Part shown: positions 52,561-64,000 of the stretch, piece after piece
Numbering within the stretch: the stretch's first letter is position 1
How the letters are laid out: every line of letters begins with the position of its first letter
Assembly: GCF_006345805.1 (NCBI RefSeq)
Contig: NC_043016.1
Coordinates: 3,720,001-3,784,000 of the forward strand
Origin: Octopus sinensis
Taxonomy: Eukaryota
DNA: 64,000 nucleotides
Reading direction: 5' to 3'
The notes under the pieces: generated by a model
Told to the model about the DNA's origin: nothing
What the model saw: only the letters and a program-made list of their open reading frames with translations
The model's database searches: none
Translations under genes and position numbers: made by a program

Positions 52561-53230
52561 TCTGTCCTAACTCAGCAATTAAAATCTTCCTACAGATTCT
52601 TGAAGAACATTATGTCTACCAGTTTTTCATTTCTCATTAGATGCAGCCGCTTTCCCTTCTGTTAATTTCAACATAATAATATGTATATTCATAAGTGCGT
52701 GATATATTTCAAGTCAAGATCACTTTATCACACTTTCGTGTTTACGAAAGTGCAATCATAATAATAATCCTGATTATTCTCTTTTGTATTAGATAAGGAA
52801 TGTCATATCTATGATGAAATAAATGCGGTTACTGGTCTACGAATGTTTGAAAACCGTGAGCGCATACAGAAATTGGGTCACTGTTTAGTCCCATGAGAGC
52901 TTCAGTCAAAAATTTCCCAGCAGTGTTTAATGTTTAATGTTTAAACGATTAAATGTTCACAAAAATTTCTCAACCAAAGCAACGTAAATGTTCAGTTAAG
53001 AAACATGTTTTTCCGATTTTTACCTTGTAAATTTAAACTCTTCTAAATCCTTTATTTATTTATTGATTGAGTTATTTGTACTATTAATAACAAAATATTG
53101 ATAGGCAAAATATACCGGTTTGGTATTTGAATAAGTCTATGACAGAATTTCAAAACAACAACAGGATTTGAGTTTCATGTGAATTTTCAAACTCCCATAA
53201 AAATTCTCATAGGTGAGTCTGTGTCTGTGT

Positions 53231-53289
<59 letters not shown>

Positions 53290-53942
53290 GCGACAGAGAT
53301 AGTATTAATACCCAAAGGGGAAATATTCACCACTTAAAAGTGGATGTTGCATTAGAACACACATATGCTGCAATATTTATCAAGAGAGAAAACTCTCATA
53401 TTTTTTATATGTTGCATAAAAGCACATTATAGCTAACGCCAGCGGCAGACAAATCTTGCAGGAGTATGTGTGCTCTGACGCAACATCCAATTGAAATTTT
53501 GTACATGCACTTTATGCATGCGCACGTTTTAATACATAACATGCCCACCGCTGTATTTAGTGGCTATGTAAGCAATGAGTTAGTGGATGGGTCATGCTTT
53601 AGATGTAGCTAAATCTACTGAAATATGGCCTATACACCTATTACATATTCTTTCTTCGATTGCATTGTTTTCTACATTGAGCGTATTCGGATACGGAACA
53701 TCGTAACAAATGCGTGTTGGCTATGATTTCTATAAAATATCTATATAGATAATCGTAATGATGCATATGGTATTCTCAAAGGGGTACGTCCTACAGAGTT
53801 GTGATCTGATGGATTTCCCTGGCTTTTCAACAATCTTAATGTTGAGTTTGATCTTCTTCAGAGCATTCGGAGGAGAATGCCATATGATAACTGCATGCCA
53901 TGTAAGATTAGCCCTGGCATGAACCGTTTTACTCTTTTACTT

Positions 53943-54314
53943 GTTTCAGTCATTTGACTGCGGCCATGCTGGAGCACCGCCTTTAGTCGAGCAAATCGAC
54001 CCCGGGACTTATTTTTTGTAAGCCCAGTACTTATTCTATCGGTCTCTTTTGCCGAACCGCTAGGTGACGGGGACGTAAACACACCAGCATCGGTTGTCGA
54101 GTAATGCTAGGGAGACAAACACACACAAACACACACACATACACATATATACATATATATACATATATACGAAAGGCTTCTTTCAGTTTCCGTCTACCAA
54201 ATCCACTCTCAAGGCTATAGCAGAAGACACTTGCCCAAGATGCCACGCAGTGGGACTGAACCCGGAACCATGTGGTTGGTTAGCAATCTACTTACCACAC
54301 AGCCACTCCTGCGC
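53943..54314 (-). mobile_element. Complete composite SINE family B/C
   Basis: tRNA-like head (GTGGCTGTGTGG..GGGTTCAGTCCC), body, internal (TA/TG) microsatellite at 54115-54170, tail ..GCAGTCAAATGACTGAAAC. Confidence 0.9.
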
Positions 54315-54659
54315 CTATTTACATCTTTGCATATACATATATATACGAAATAATTGTTGAACATTTTAACTCCACAACAGTTTAGGCCAAATTTCGTTAA
54401 TCAGTTAATCAAAAATTATCTTACGCTTTGCTTAAGTGGCCGAGGTAAAATATTTATTTGTCTCAACCTACCCATCTGTGTATGAAATTTCAAGAAAATC
54501 AGTTATAAACTTTAAAAGTTATGGCAGAAAAAAACATTTATATCAGAATCTGTATTGAAACAGCCCATTGATGTTTCAAAAATCGATGCTGATTAAAAAT
54601 AGTCGATTTTTTCAAAATCCAAGTGCGAAAGTAACTGCATAGATATAAGCCCCACCACA

Positions 54660-54824
54660 ATCACCACATACACACACATGCGCGCGCGCGCGTGTGAAGC
54701 TTCGTCAAGATCGATTGGGCAGTTTCGGAAGAGTTATAGTAACAATTTCACAAATTCACACACACACACACACACACACACATAGCCACAAATAGACTGA
54801 AATTGTCATTTATATTTATATAGA
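54660..54824 (-). mobile_element. Helitron-like 5' end
   Basis: Minus strand A|TCTATATAAATATAAATGACAATTT..(GT)n..CGATCTTGACGAAGCTT; similar to 7150-7240 on +. Confidence 0.5.
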
Positions 54825-55105
54825 TAAAGAGTGTATTTTTGTGTGTGTGTGTGTGTGTATGAACGTCTGTCGATACGGACGCATAAAATGCTTTTTAGGT
54901 TTTGTATAAATTGTGTGAGAAGAAACTAGTTTAAGAAACGTTTCTAACAACATACGTAGTTTAAATCTAATTGTATCTATACGATTTTCCCTACCAAGAC
55001 TGTTTTATTTATTTTTTATAATATGAAGACGCGCGTTTTTTGCTTTGTATATGAATTTATGTAAATTAAAATAAATGTATCATCGTATTAATGTATCTAA
55101 GCTTT

Positions 55106-55484
55106 AAGGCGGCGAGCCAGTAGAAACGTTAGCACGCCGGGCGAAATGCTTAGTGGTATTTCGTCTGCGGTTACGTTCTGAGTTCAAATTCCGTCGAGGA
55201 GGTCGACTTTGCTTTTCATCCTTTCGGAGTCGATTAAATAAGTACCAGTTATGCACTGGGGTCGATATAATCGACTTTATTCGTTTGTCTGTTCTTGTTT
55301 GTCCTCTCTGTATTTAGCCCCTTGTGGGTAGTAAAGAAATAGGTATTTCGCCCGTCTCTACGTCCTGAGTTCAAATTCCGCCGAGGTCGGCTCGATAAAT
55401 TGAGTACCAGTTACGCACTGTGGCTGATGTAATCGACTAGTCCCCTCTCCACAAATTTCAGGCCTTGTGCCAATAGTAGAAAGG
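55106..55484 (+). mobile_element. tRNA-derived SINE family A, internally duplicated, 19-bp TSD
   Basis: Two GAGTTCAAATTCC B boxes; TSD ATTAATGTAT(C/T)TAAGCTTT at 55087-55105 and 55485-55503. Confidence 0.9.
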
Positions 55485-56228
55485 ATTAATGTATTTAAGC
55501 TTTGTGTTTGTGAAAGGGTGTGATAATTATATGTTTATGTAAATGTGTATGTATGTATGTACTATGTATGTATGTATGTATGTATGTATGTATGTATGTA
55601 TGTATGTATGTATGTATGTATGTACGTACGTACGTACGTATGTATGTATGTAAAATCATAAATCTGTATTTGTCCATTTGGATTTGAATATGCGCGTGAT
55701 TTTCTATATATGCAAAGTATATGTATATGTGTGCGAATAGGTATGTTTCTTCTCACATATGTATGTAGCTTGTGTGTGTGTGTGTATGTGCAAATGTGTG
55801 TATGTGTATCTGTATGTATGTATGTGTGTTTGTCTGTGTGAGTGTGTTTGTGCATTTGTGCGTAAAAGTGTGTATGTGTGTGCATTTGTATATACATATA
55901 TACATGTGTGTGTGTGCGTGTGTGTGTATGTGTGTGTGTGCGTATGTGTGTGCACGTGTGTACACTGATGTATGTGTGTGCATTTCTTCAATCCGTAACT
56001 CTCACTCCCACTTCCTTTCTCTTTCCCTCTCTCTATATCTCTCTCTGTTTCCTTTCTGTTCTACTTGATTGGCCCTTTTATTCTTTCTTCCAACTACCAA
56101 TACGATTCATTATTATCAACTTTTTAGAAATGCTTCATCCAAATGTATATTTTGTGTTATTTGATTCTCTGTCGCAAGAACTTTTAATAGGAGATATCTT
56201 ACATGCTTACATGCTTATCCTGCAAGTG

Positions 56229-56352
56229 AGGGTGCATGGCTCAGTGGTTAGAGCATTGGTCTCACAATCATATATAAGTGAGTTCGATTCCCTGACCGGG
56301 CTTTGTGTTGTGTTCTTGAGCAAGACACTTTATTTCGTGTTGTTTCAGTTCA
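56229..56352 (+). mobile_element. tRNA-derived SINE head, third family
   Basis: A box TGGCTCAGTGG, B box GTTCGATTCC, then CTTGAGCAAGACACTT. Confidence 0.8.
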
Positions 56353-56438
<86 letters not shown>

Positions 56439-57352
56439 ACATATATATACACATATATATACCCACACAAAATACTGAAATATGCCTAAAAATGTGAAAT
56501 GTAAGATAAATCTACAGTTATTTATTTGAAGCATCTAAAAGTGCAAATCATAAACGAATTTAAAACATGCATTCTCATCTTAAGTAACTGCAACAGCAAC
56601 AACAACAACATCAGCAACAGCAACAACACCAACAACAACAACTACTACTACTACTACTACTACTACTACAAATCTTCTTACAGATAACTTTAAGGGAAAA
56701 GTCGATGGAATTGACTAGAATTTAGGAGAATGATGCCTTTACTGGAACTGAATAACATATGAATTAAAAAATGCATTCTGACACGTACATCCAAACACAT
56801 GAGCATAATATTTTCTTTCCATCACGGTATTTATATGAACGACAACGGGTGTTTTGAATATAGTTTTCCATTGCCTGCCCTGACGTAAATATAATGCAAC
56901 CGTATTTGATAATTATTTTCTCCGTATTTCAAAGAATTAGAGACTAGTTTCGAAATATTTGGCATACATAAATGTCAGTCATGCATATATTTATATACAC
57001 TGCATCTTTATTATTGAAACTGATTTGATATAGAATATAGAAAAAGAACATAAGTCCAGTGAACGAACTCAAATTAGTAATCTATCAGTTATCAGGTAAT
57101 CTCATAAGAGATTACAGCTGACGCCTCTTTCATTCTCGCATTAGATAAAACGTAAATCTTTATCTTCTTCCTTAATTGAACTTCTTCAACATTCACAAGA
57201 CTCACACTTGAATCACATTTTCAACCACTTTTATCTCTAGAAAGGCATGTTACTTTTTTGATGCCCAATATAGAAAGATACCATGCCCCATTCCATTTTC
57301 AACGAGAATCAACTCACAAACACATGAATATACCAAAGCCTGAAAGGTTTAT

Positions 57353-57423
<71 letters not shown>

Positions 57424-57949
57424 AGAGGAAAAATTATAATGTCAGAATGCTAAATTGAAAGTAAATTTTAATAAAAATGGGGGTATGGAAAATTAAAAAA
57501 GAAGAAAAATAATAACCCCATCCGGTTTTTATTGCAAGGCAAATTTTCAAGATTTGAAAGGAGAAAAGGAATTTTTTTTAAATTGAGGAAGGGGGAAAAA
57601 GAAATTTACAATGTTTTTTTCAAAAAATAATAATACATATAAACAAAAATTGATAAATAAGTATACCAATGTATTGTAGAGTCTTTATGCTTTTAGAGTT
57701 CAATAATAGTCCTTGGAAAAACTTCTTTGGAGGATTAAGATCCATGTGCTTTAAAGTGGTGCTTAGTCTAAAAGGGTTGGGTGATGTGTGTCAAAACAGG
57801 AATTGGGGTAAGAGTTATCCAGTTCCTGTGAGTAAGGGGAGACAATTCTGTGGATTTTATGCTCTTTAATTGGAATGATGGATTTTTTGTCAAACAGGAT
57901 GCTTATATCAATTTTTTGTCAGATAGGATGCTAGAAAAGGAGTATGGTC

Positions 57950-58190
57950 ATCGTGGAGTTTGCATATTAAGACGCGTTTGGAATTTTTCAATAAACAGAT
58001 TCTCCTTGTTGATTCTTTCTTGTGTAGAGATTCTGTCTTTACATTGGTAGAAAGGAAATATATAAAATTTGGGATTTTTATCTCTAGTGCAGCAGTCTAT
58101 GTGGTTACTTAGTGGAATTTGACGGTATTGTGGGAGATTTATCTGTTCTTTATGGACTGCTACCCTTTTTTTTAAGTAATCGAACACTTC
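57950..58190 (-). mobile_element. Penelope-like GIY-YIG C-terminal fragment
   Basis: LKKRVAVHKEQINLPQYRQIPLSNHIDCC..FYIFPFY..RINKENLFIEKFQTRLN parallels the translation of 62640-62855. Confidence 0.78.
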
Positions 58191-59503
58191 CACATCAACA
58201 GAAAACTAACAAACATTATAGGTTCTGTTTTTCTCCATAACATAGGCATAACATTTTTCAAACATTTCCTTTTTCCATATTTCTATTGTCTCAGGAATTT
58301 TACATATATTTTGTAAGTGTCATTACGATCCCAAAATTTATATTGAAGAACTTTCCCTCCAAAGTAAATGGGATACGCGCTGGTTCAATACCACTTGTTT
58401 ATTGTTAGTCAATCTGATAAATACCTCATCGGTCGACTGTTTAAAGTGTTCGTTAAACAATCGCAACCTTTTCAGTAATGTATGTTCTCCTTTCAAGGTT
58501 TGCTTGGTATGCTTTTATCACAAAGAAACATTTACCATTTGTTTTGCAAAACTTATCTTCCACAAATGTAAGAAAATGTATTAGTATTATTTAAGCTTCT
58601 TCGTGATGAAATACTAATTTACTTAAACCATTTTTTATTAAAGATAAGATAATGTTAAAAATTAAATTGTTTGAGACAAAAGCGATACAAATAAACATAA
58701 TCCTCCTACAGCTATTAAAATTCACAAGCCTTTTTAATGGTATCCTTTTTAATGGGTATCTATTGATTCACAAGCTTTGGTAACACTAATGGCTTGATCA
58801 GATCAAGTACACTAAAAAGGTTTCAATTTTATTGAGATATTCTCGGTAGCTAAACATCTTTGTTGCTTAGTGTAAATATATAAAAAAAAGTAAACAGTAA
58901 AAATTGAAGAACAAATACAGTAATTCTTCCACATTAGCGTAAGAACCTTCCAACTTGGTTAGTCCGAAACACCCTACAGCATTGAACTCCAGTCAATTTT
59001 TCAAACTGTTGTATCTAAAGGTTCTCATGAACATCAAAGAATCGGAACTGGCAAGAAATTTCCGTTAGACATTAGTTGCTCAATTACTACTAGTGTGGTC
59101 TTTACTACCAATTTGACATTTTGTCTTCCTTATCTCAGAAATCATTAATCCTTCTCAAATTACAGGCCGCCACACCTTTCCTCTTCTTATCAGTTCTTTG
59201 CGTTCTACGCAAAAAAACTGTGAACTTTATTCAACGTGAATGTGATGGGTTTTTCCCACATATTTTGCTTACCTTCTATTTTCCCATCCACCACTGCTCA
59301 TATTGAAATTTAAGACACTTGAAGGATTCTATGAACATTTTCTTGTACCGGATATGCAGGAAATATCGCATATCTCCTAGGTAAACTTGCTTGATGTTAT
59401 AACAATTGACTACTGTAAGCTAGGTTTCTGTTATTAACTAATGTAAGGTGGTTTTATATCGTATTAATTAAGTATGAATTATGTTGTCATTACTGAGTAA
59501 TTC

Positions 59504-60109
59504 TTAAGGTGGTGAGCTGTCAGAAACGCTAGCACGCCGGGCGAAATGCTTCGCGGTATTTCGTCTGCCTTTAAGTTCAGAGTTCAAATTCCGCCGAGGT
59601 CGACTTTGCCTTTCATCCTTTTGGGGTCGATAAATTAAGTAACAGTTACGCACTGGGGTCGATATAATCGACTTAATCCGTTTGTCTGTCCTTGTTTGTC
59701 CCTTCTGTTTTTAACCCTTGTGGGTATTAAAGAAATAGGTATTTCGTCTGCCGCTATGTTCTGAGTTCAAATTCCGCCGAGGTCGACTTTCCCTTTCATC
59801 CTTTCGGGGTCAATTAAATAAGTACCAGTTACGCACTGGAGTCGATATAATCGACTTAATCCCTTTGTCTGTTCTTGTTTGTCTCCTCTATGTTTAGCCC
59901 CTTGTGGGCAATAAAAAAGAAGAAACGTTAGCACGCCGGGTGAAATGCTTAGCGGTATTTCGTCTGCCTTTATGTTCTGAGTTCAAATTCCGCCGAGGTC
60001 GACTTTGCCATTCATCCTTTTCGGGTTCATTAGATTAAGTACTGGAGTCAATCTTGTTGACTGGCCCCCTCCCAAAAAAATTTAAGGCCTTGTGTCTAGA
60101 GTAGAAAAG
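59504..60109 (+). mobile_element. tRNA-derived SINE family A trimer, 15-bp TSD
   Basis: Three GAGTTCAAATTCCGCCGAGGTCGACTTT units; TSD ATTACTGAGTAATTC at 59489-59503 and 60110-60124. Confidence 0.92.
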
Positions 60110-61167
60110 ATTACTGAGTAATTCGTAACACCAATACACCAACTTTTGAGTGCCTTGAATTTTTCTAGTTTATTTCTTTTTAACAGAAATGCAACTCGTC
60201 GCTATCGTTTGGATTGAAATCTTCCATATATAACTAGAAGTAAGTTAGTCTCTTGGGCAACCAATGGGAAATATGTATTAGGGAAGAGGTTCATTTTATC
60301 CATTTTGCACGCTTCCATTTCGAGTAGGTTTTCCCATTGGGTGAAACGATCTTCTTTTTCTCCTATTTGCTTTAAAATCGCCAGTTTGATATCTGTCTCC
60401 GTTCACGTGGAAAAGGGTGAAGAAGACTTATAAGTATCATGGAATATATAGAACAAAATCCAACGGACTACGGGCGGTTGTAGTCTCAGTGTGCAGTAGA
60501 AGGGACAATGAAAAGTCAAAATGATACTGAGTCGATATATAAATGAGAGTTTGAATGAAGGACTCTCGCTTAAGAATAAGAAACTGTTATATGCAGTTCA
60601 GAATATGCCCTTTTGTTATTTGCATGGCTCTGTAATATTGTTGCTGTTGGTGTTGCTGCTGCTACTGCTGCTGCTGTTGCAGTTTTGCTATTGTTGTTCA
60701 ACCGTGGTCTGACATGGTACATAAACGTAATCATTCAAATGTAATCATTCACCTATTTTCTTTAGTTCTTTTTTTTAAGGAGTTGTTATCGGTGAGTATT
60801 AGGTTGATATTTCTAGCAGACCGAACGGTCATGTAGAGGCTTCATCGTTGGCATCACTGTTGCATACATCATTTTATGTGTGTGTGTGTGTGAATGTGTG
60901 CGTTTGTGAAAGAGAGAGAGAAAGAGATAGAGAGAGAGTGGGGGTTAAGAATAGGATACATTCCATCTCAACTATGCATAGCGTATATTTCTGCAATACG
61001 TTAAAGGTTAGGTCAGCAAATGTTCAAGGCCAACGCGTGATTTTTTTTATGCAGAAATGTCTACTGTGTTGTGTTTGTGTCGATTTATACCAATGAAAAA
61101 TACAGTTGCTGCATATATGCGTTAGTCTAAATATGGTTTTGTGCGTGTGCATTCTTTTATTCTTTTA

Positions 61168-61345
61168 CTTGTTTCAGTTATTTGACTGCGGCCGTGCTGG
61201 AGCACCGCCTTCAAAGAATTTAGTCGAAGAAATCGATCCCAGGACTTAATCTTTGTAAGCCCAGCACTTATTCAATCGGTCTCTTTTCACTAAGTCACGG
61301 ATACATAAACATACCGACATCGGTTGTCAAGAGACGGTGGAGGAA
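61168..61345 (-). mobile_element. 3' half of SINE family B/C
   Basis: Homologous to 53943-54100. Confidence 0.8.
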
Positions 61346-61368
61346 CAAACACACATACATGAATTTTT

Positions 61369-61578
61369 TGGGACCCCCTTCGGTCACGACACTGACCATG
61401 GGATTGCACCTAGAAAGTTACCCTCCTAGTCACAAGTCTGGGCATGGTTGTTTATGGAAGACCAGCAGTCGCCCATGCATACCGGCCTCCCCTCTCCACG
61501 CCACCAGTGTTATCAAGGGAAAGGCAAAGGCCAATACAGCTTGGCACTCATGACGTCGCAACTCATTTCTACAGCTGA
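61369..61578 (-). mobile_element. Probable SINE body (GC-rich interspersed repeat)
   Basis: GC-rich island beginning TCAGCTGTAGAAATGAGT on the minus strand. I recall it as the body of the 56229-type SINE, but the window itself does not show the link. Confidence 0.4.
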
Positions 61579-62042
61579 AAACATGAATATATATATTATA
61601 TATATATATATATATTATATATATATATATAACGGGAAGCTTTATGAAAATAAACAAAAGACGAAGGCAGGTGAAGTACAAACAAACAATTGTATTAGTA
61701 TGGCGCTCGTACACTTTTTTATGTACATTCCTTTATGTACACTGATTTGTTCTGCTTTTTTATGTTTAACCCTACAGTCTCTTATGTGGTGGTTTAATAA
61801 AGTATGTGATTGAGTACTATCTGGTAATTGATATTTGATTTAGATGTATTTCTCCATTTTCTTATCTTGTATTATTAATTTGTGGTAAATCATTTTACCT
61901 TTGCCCATATAATACAGTAAATGAATTAATTGCATTGCAATTCTAAACATTTATGTATTAACTTGTTGGGTACTTCACTAGTAGTATGTTTGATATATGT
62001 TATCCCATGGAGGGTTGCATTTACAACCCCTATCTCAATTTG

Positions 62043-62073
<31 letters not shown>

Positions 62074-62091
62074 ATATGTATGTATATATGT

Positions 62092-62141
<50 letters not shown>

Positions 62142-62169
62142 TATATATATATATATGACATTCCCCAGC

Positions 62170-62875
62170 ATCACTACTTGACAATGAAAGAATGAAAGGC
62201 CGAATCAATTACTACTCAAGACTTACGAAAACCAAAACACACTCAAGTACGGTAAATATCCTCCCCTATCTCTCAACACACATTCCAAGAAATTGCAGAA
62301 GCTTACACTATTATATTCCAAGAACATTCCACACCTGAATCAAGACCCACGTCTAAAAAAAAGTACTCGCAACCCATAAAATAATAAAAAGCAAAAGACA
62401 ACCCAAATCCCTAAAAACCTACTCCCCAATGCAAGATTGCCCAGCACAGGCCCGCCACCCACCGTCAAAAAATGTGGTCGTTCCAACTGCAGGACTTGCA
62501 TCCACCTCCTTGAAGGATCAGTGTACAAATTCCAGTCGGGACACACTTTTGTCATAAAAAATAACTTCACCTGCGCATCAAAGAATTTACTTTGTCATAA
62601 GGTGTGAAGGGTGCCACAAAGATTACATAGGGTAAACGAGCCTTACCCTCAGAGAAAGGATGACAATTCACCAACAACAACTTAGGGAACCCACAACAAG
62701 ACAGATACCACTAAGTGGTCATTTAGACCTCTATGCACATAACAAGTCCCCAAATTCCTAGTTTTTCCACTATACCAATGCTCGGACAACACCACTGAGC
62801 AAACACGAATAAATAGGGAAAATAATCTTATTCAAAAATACAGACCACAACTCAACATACCCTAACATACCCCCC
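62170..62875 (+). mobile_element. Penelope-like element 3' part with GIY-YIG endonuclease
   Basis: CGRSNCRTCIHL..FTCASKNLL..CEGCHKDYIG*T..LRERMTIHQQQLR..IPLSGHL..RINRENNLIQKYRPQLN across frameshifts. Confidence 0.88.
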
Positions 62876-62879
62876 AGGT

Positions 62880-64000
62880 ACACATCCAAAACAAACACAC
62901 ACAGAAACACATACAGATATACAAAATCACACAAAAACAATGCCAACCTCCGACGCAAATACACACATGCACAAACACAATATCCTCACACTAGAGCACA
63001 AACACACACATTCCAAAAAAACACATACATATATACACTTACAATATGATACTAGCAACCATAACCAACACTCACAAACACATATACACATATGTAAACA
63101 CGGACATGCACACACCTACAGACTGCCCCGAAATTACAAATCACATTCAGACACACATACACACATACACAGATACACAAACACGCAGCTACAACAGAAC
63201 GCACACAAACACACACGCATTTATGCACACCTGTACACACAAAATGCCCGTACCCCAGTAATAAAATCACACACACACACACTTTCAAAAGAAAAAACAC
63301 ACATACACTCACAATACGACCCTAACAAACACAACAAACACTCACAAACATACATACACACAAGGATGGACACACACACAATGATACACACCTCCCCGAC
63401 AAATACAAAACACATAGACACACTCACACAAGCACACCCACACGTATACACACACACTGAACTAACAATACAAACAAAACAAATCACTCACAAACGCAGC
63501 ACACACACACACGAAAACTACATAAACCATATCGACATATATACATGCACACACAAACGCATACTCAATACCAACACACACAAAACGCATATGCACACAT
63601 ATACACACCACCCAGATAAACCCAACAGACATGGACACACAGAACCCCTGATAAATACAACACACTTACACACACATACACATCCACACATACCCACACA
63701 CATACAAAGGCACCCTCTCATTCAGACGGTTACCTACATACACACACACACCACAAGGACAATTAAAACAGAAACATACTCAGACAGACACAACACACAC
63801 ACTCACATACACACACATAGCATCCCAACCAATACAAAAAACACACAAAGATACACGCGTGCACATACAGACACACACACGCGCGAACAAACACATATAC
63901 ACACACATGCGCACACACAACACCATGACAAATACCAATCACACACATATATATACACGCACAACACCAAGACAATCATAACAACACAAACATACTAAGA
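62880..64000 (+). repeat. Degenerate CA-rich low-complexity region with roughly 270-300-bp periodicity
   Basis: Strong strand skew; similar blocks near 63005-63090 and 63277-63365. Confidence 0.75.

Noticed and set aside
53560-53840. Tc1/mariner transposase remnant (GNPSDHNSV resembling SPDLNP)
   Set aside because: This is a single weak motif with no TIRs or other catalytic residues.
56229-56300. tRNA gene (also SINE heads at 11493, 11858, 55106 and 59506)
   Set aside because: A and B boxes are present but there is no complete cloverleaf, and the sequences continue into SINE bodies.
62940-63998. 352-aa His/Thr-rich ORF
   Set aside because: It results from a T-poor, CA-rich strand that rarely forms stop codons; no domain is recognisable.

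Overview
AT-rich, microsatellite-saturated eukaryotic DNA with no recognisable host gene. The SINE types and repeat content suggest an octopod cephalopod, which is an inference. The window is almost entirely transposon-derived. The dominant system is a pile-up of about 15 copies, from about 7 lineages, of single-ORF RT plus restriction-like-endonuclease (RLE) non-LTR retrotransposons of the R4/Dong clade. Nearly every intact end abuts an (AAT)n tract, with the element sense strand on the AAT strand. They form head-to-tail arrays at 13.9-23.3 kb and 37.1-44.6 kb. One copy keeps an uninterrupted 501-aa ORF, and a 550-bp non-coding (AAT)-tailed element may be a non-autonomous partner. Also present are two hammerhead-ribozyme folds, a degenerate HDV-like ribozyme candidate at a Dong 5' end, Penelope-like (GIY-YIG) fragments, Helitrons, RTE and Ty3/Gypsy remnants, MITEs, and several tRNA-derived SINE families, including multimers bounded by single TSDs. 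Family letters A, E-J are my own working labels, and most boundaries are read by eye (about +/-20 bp).
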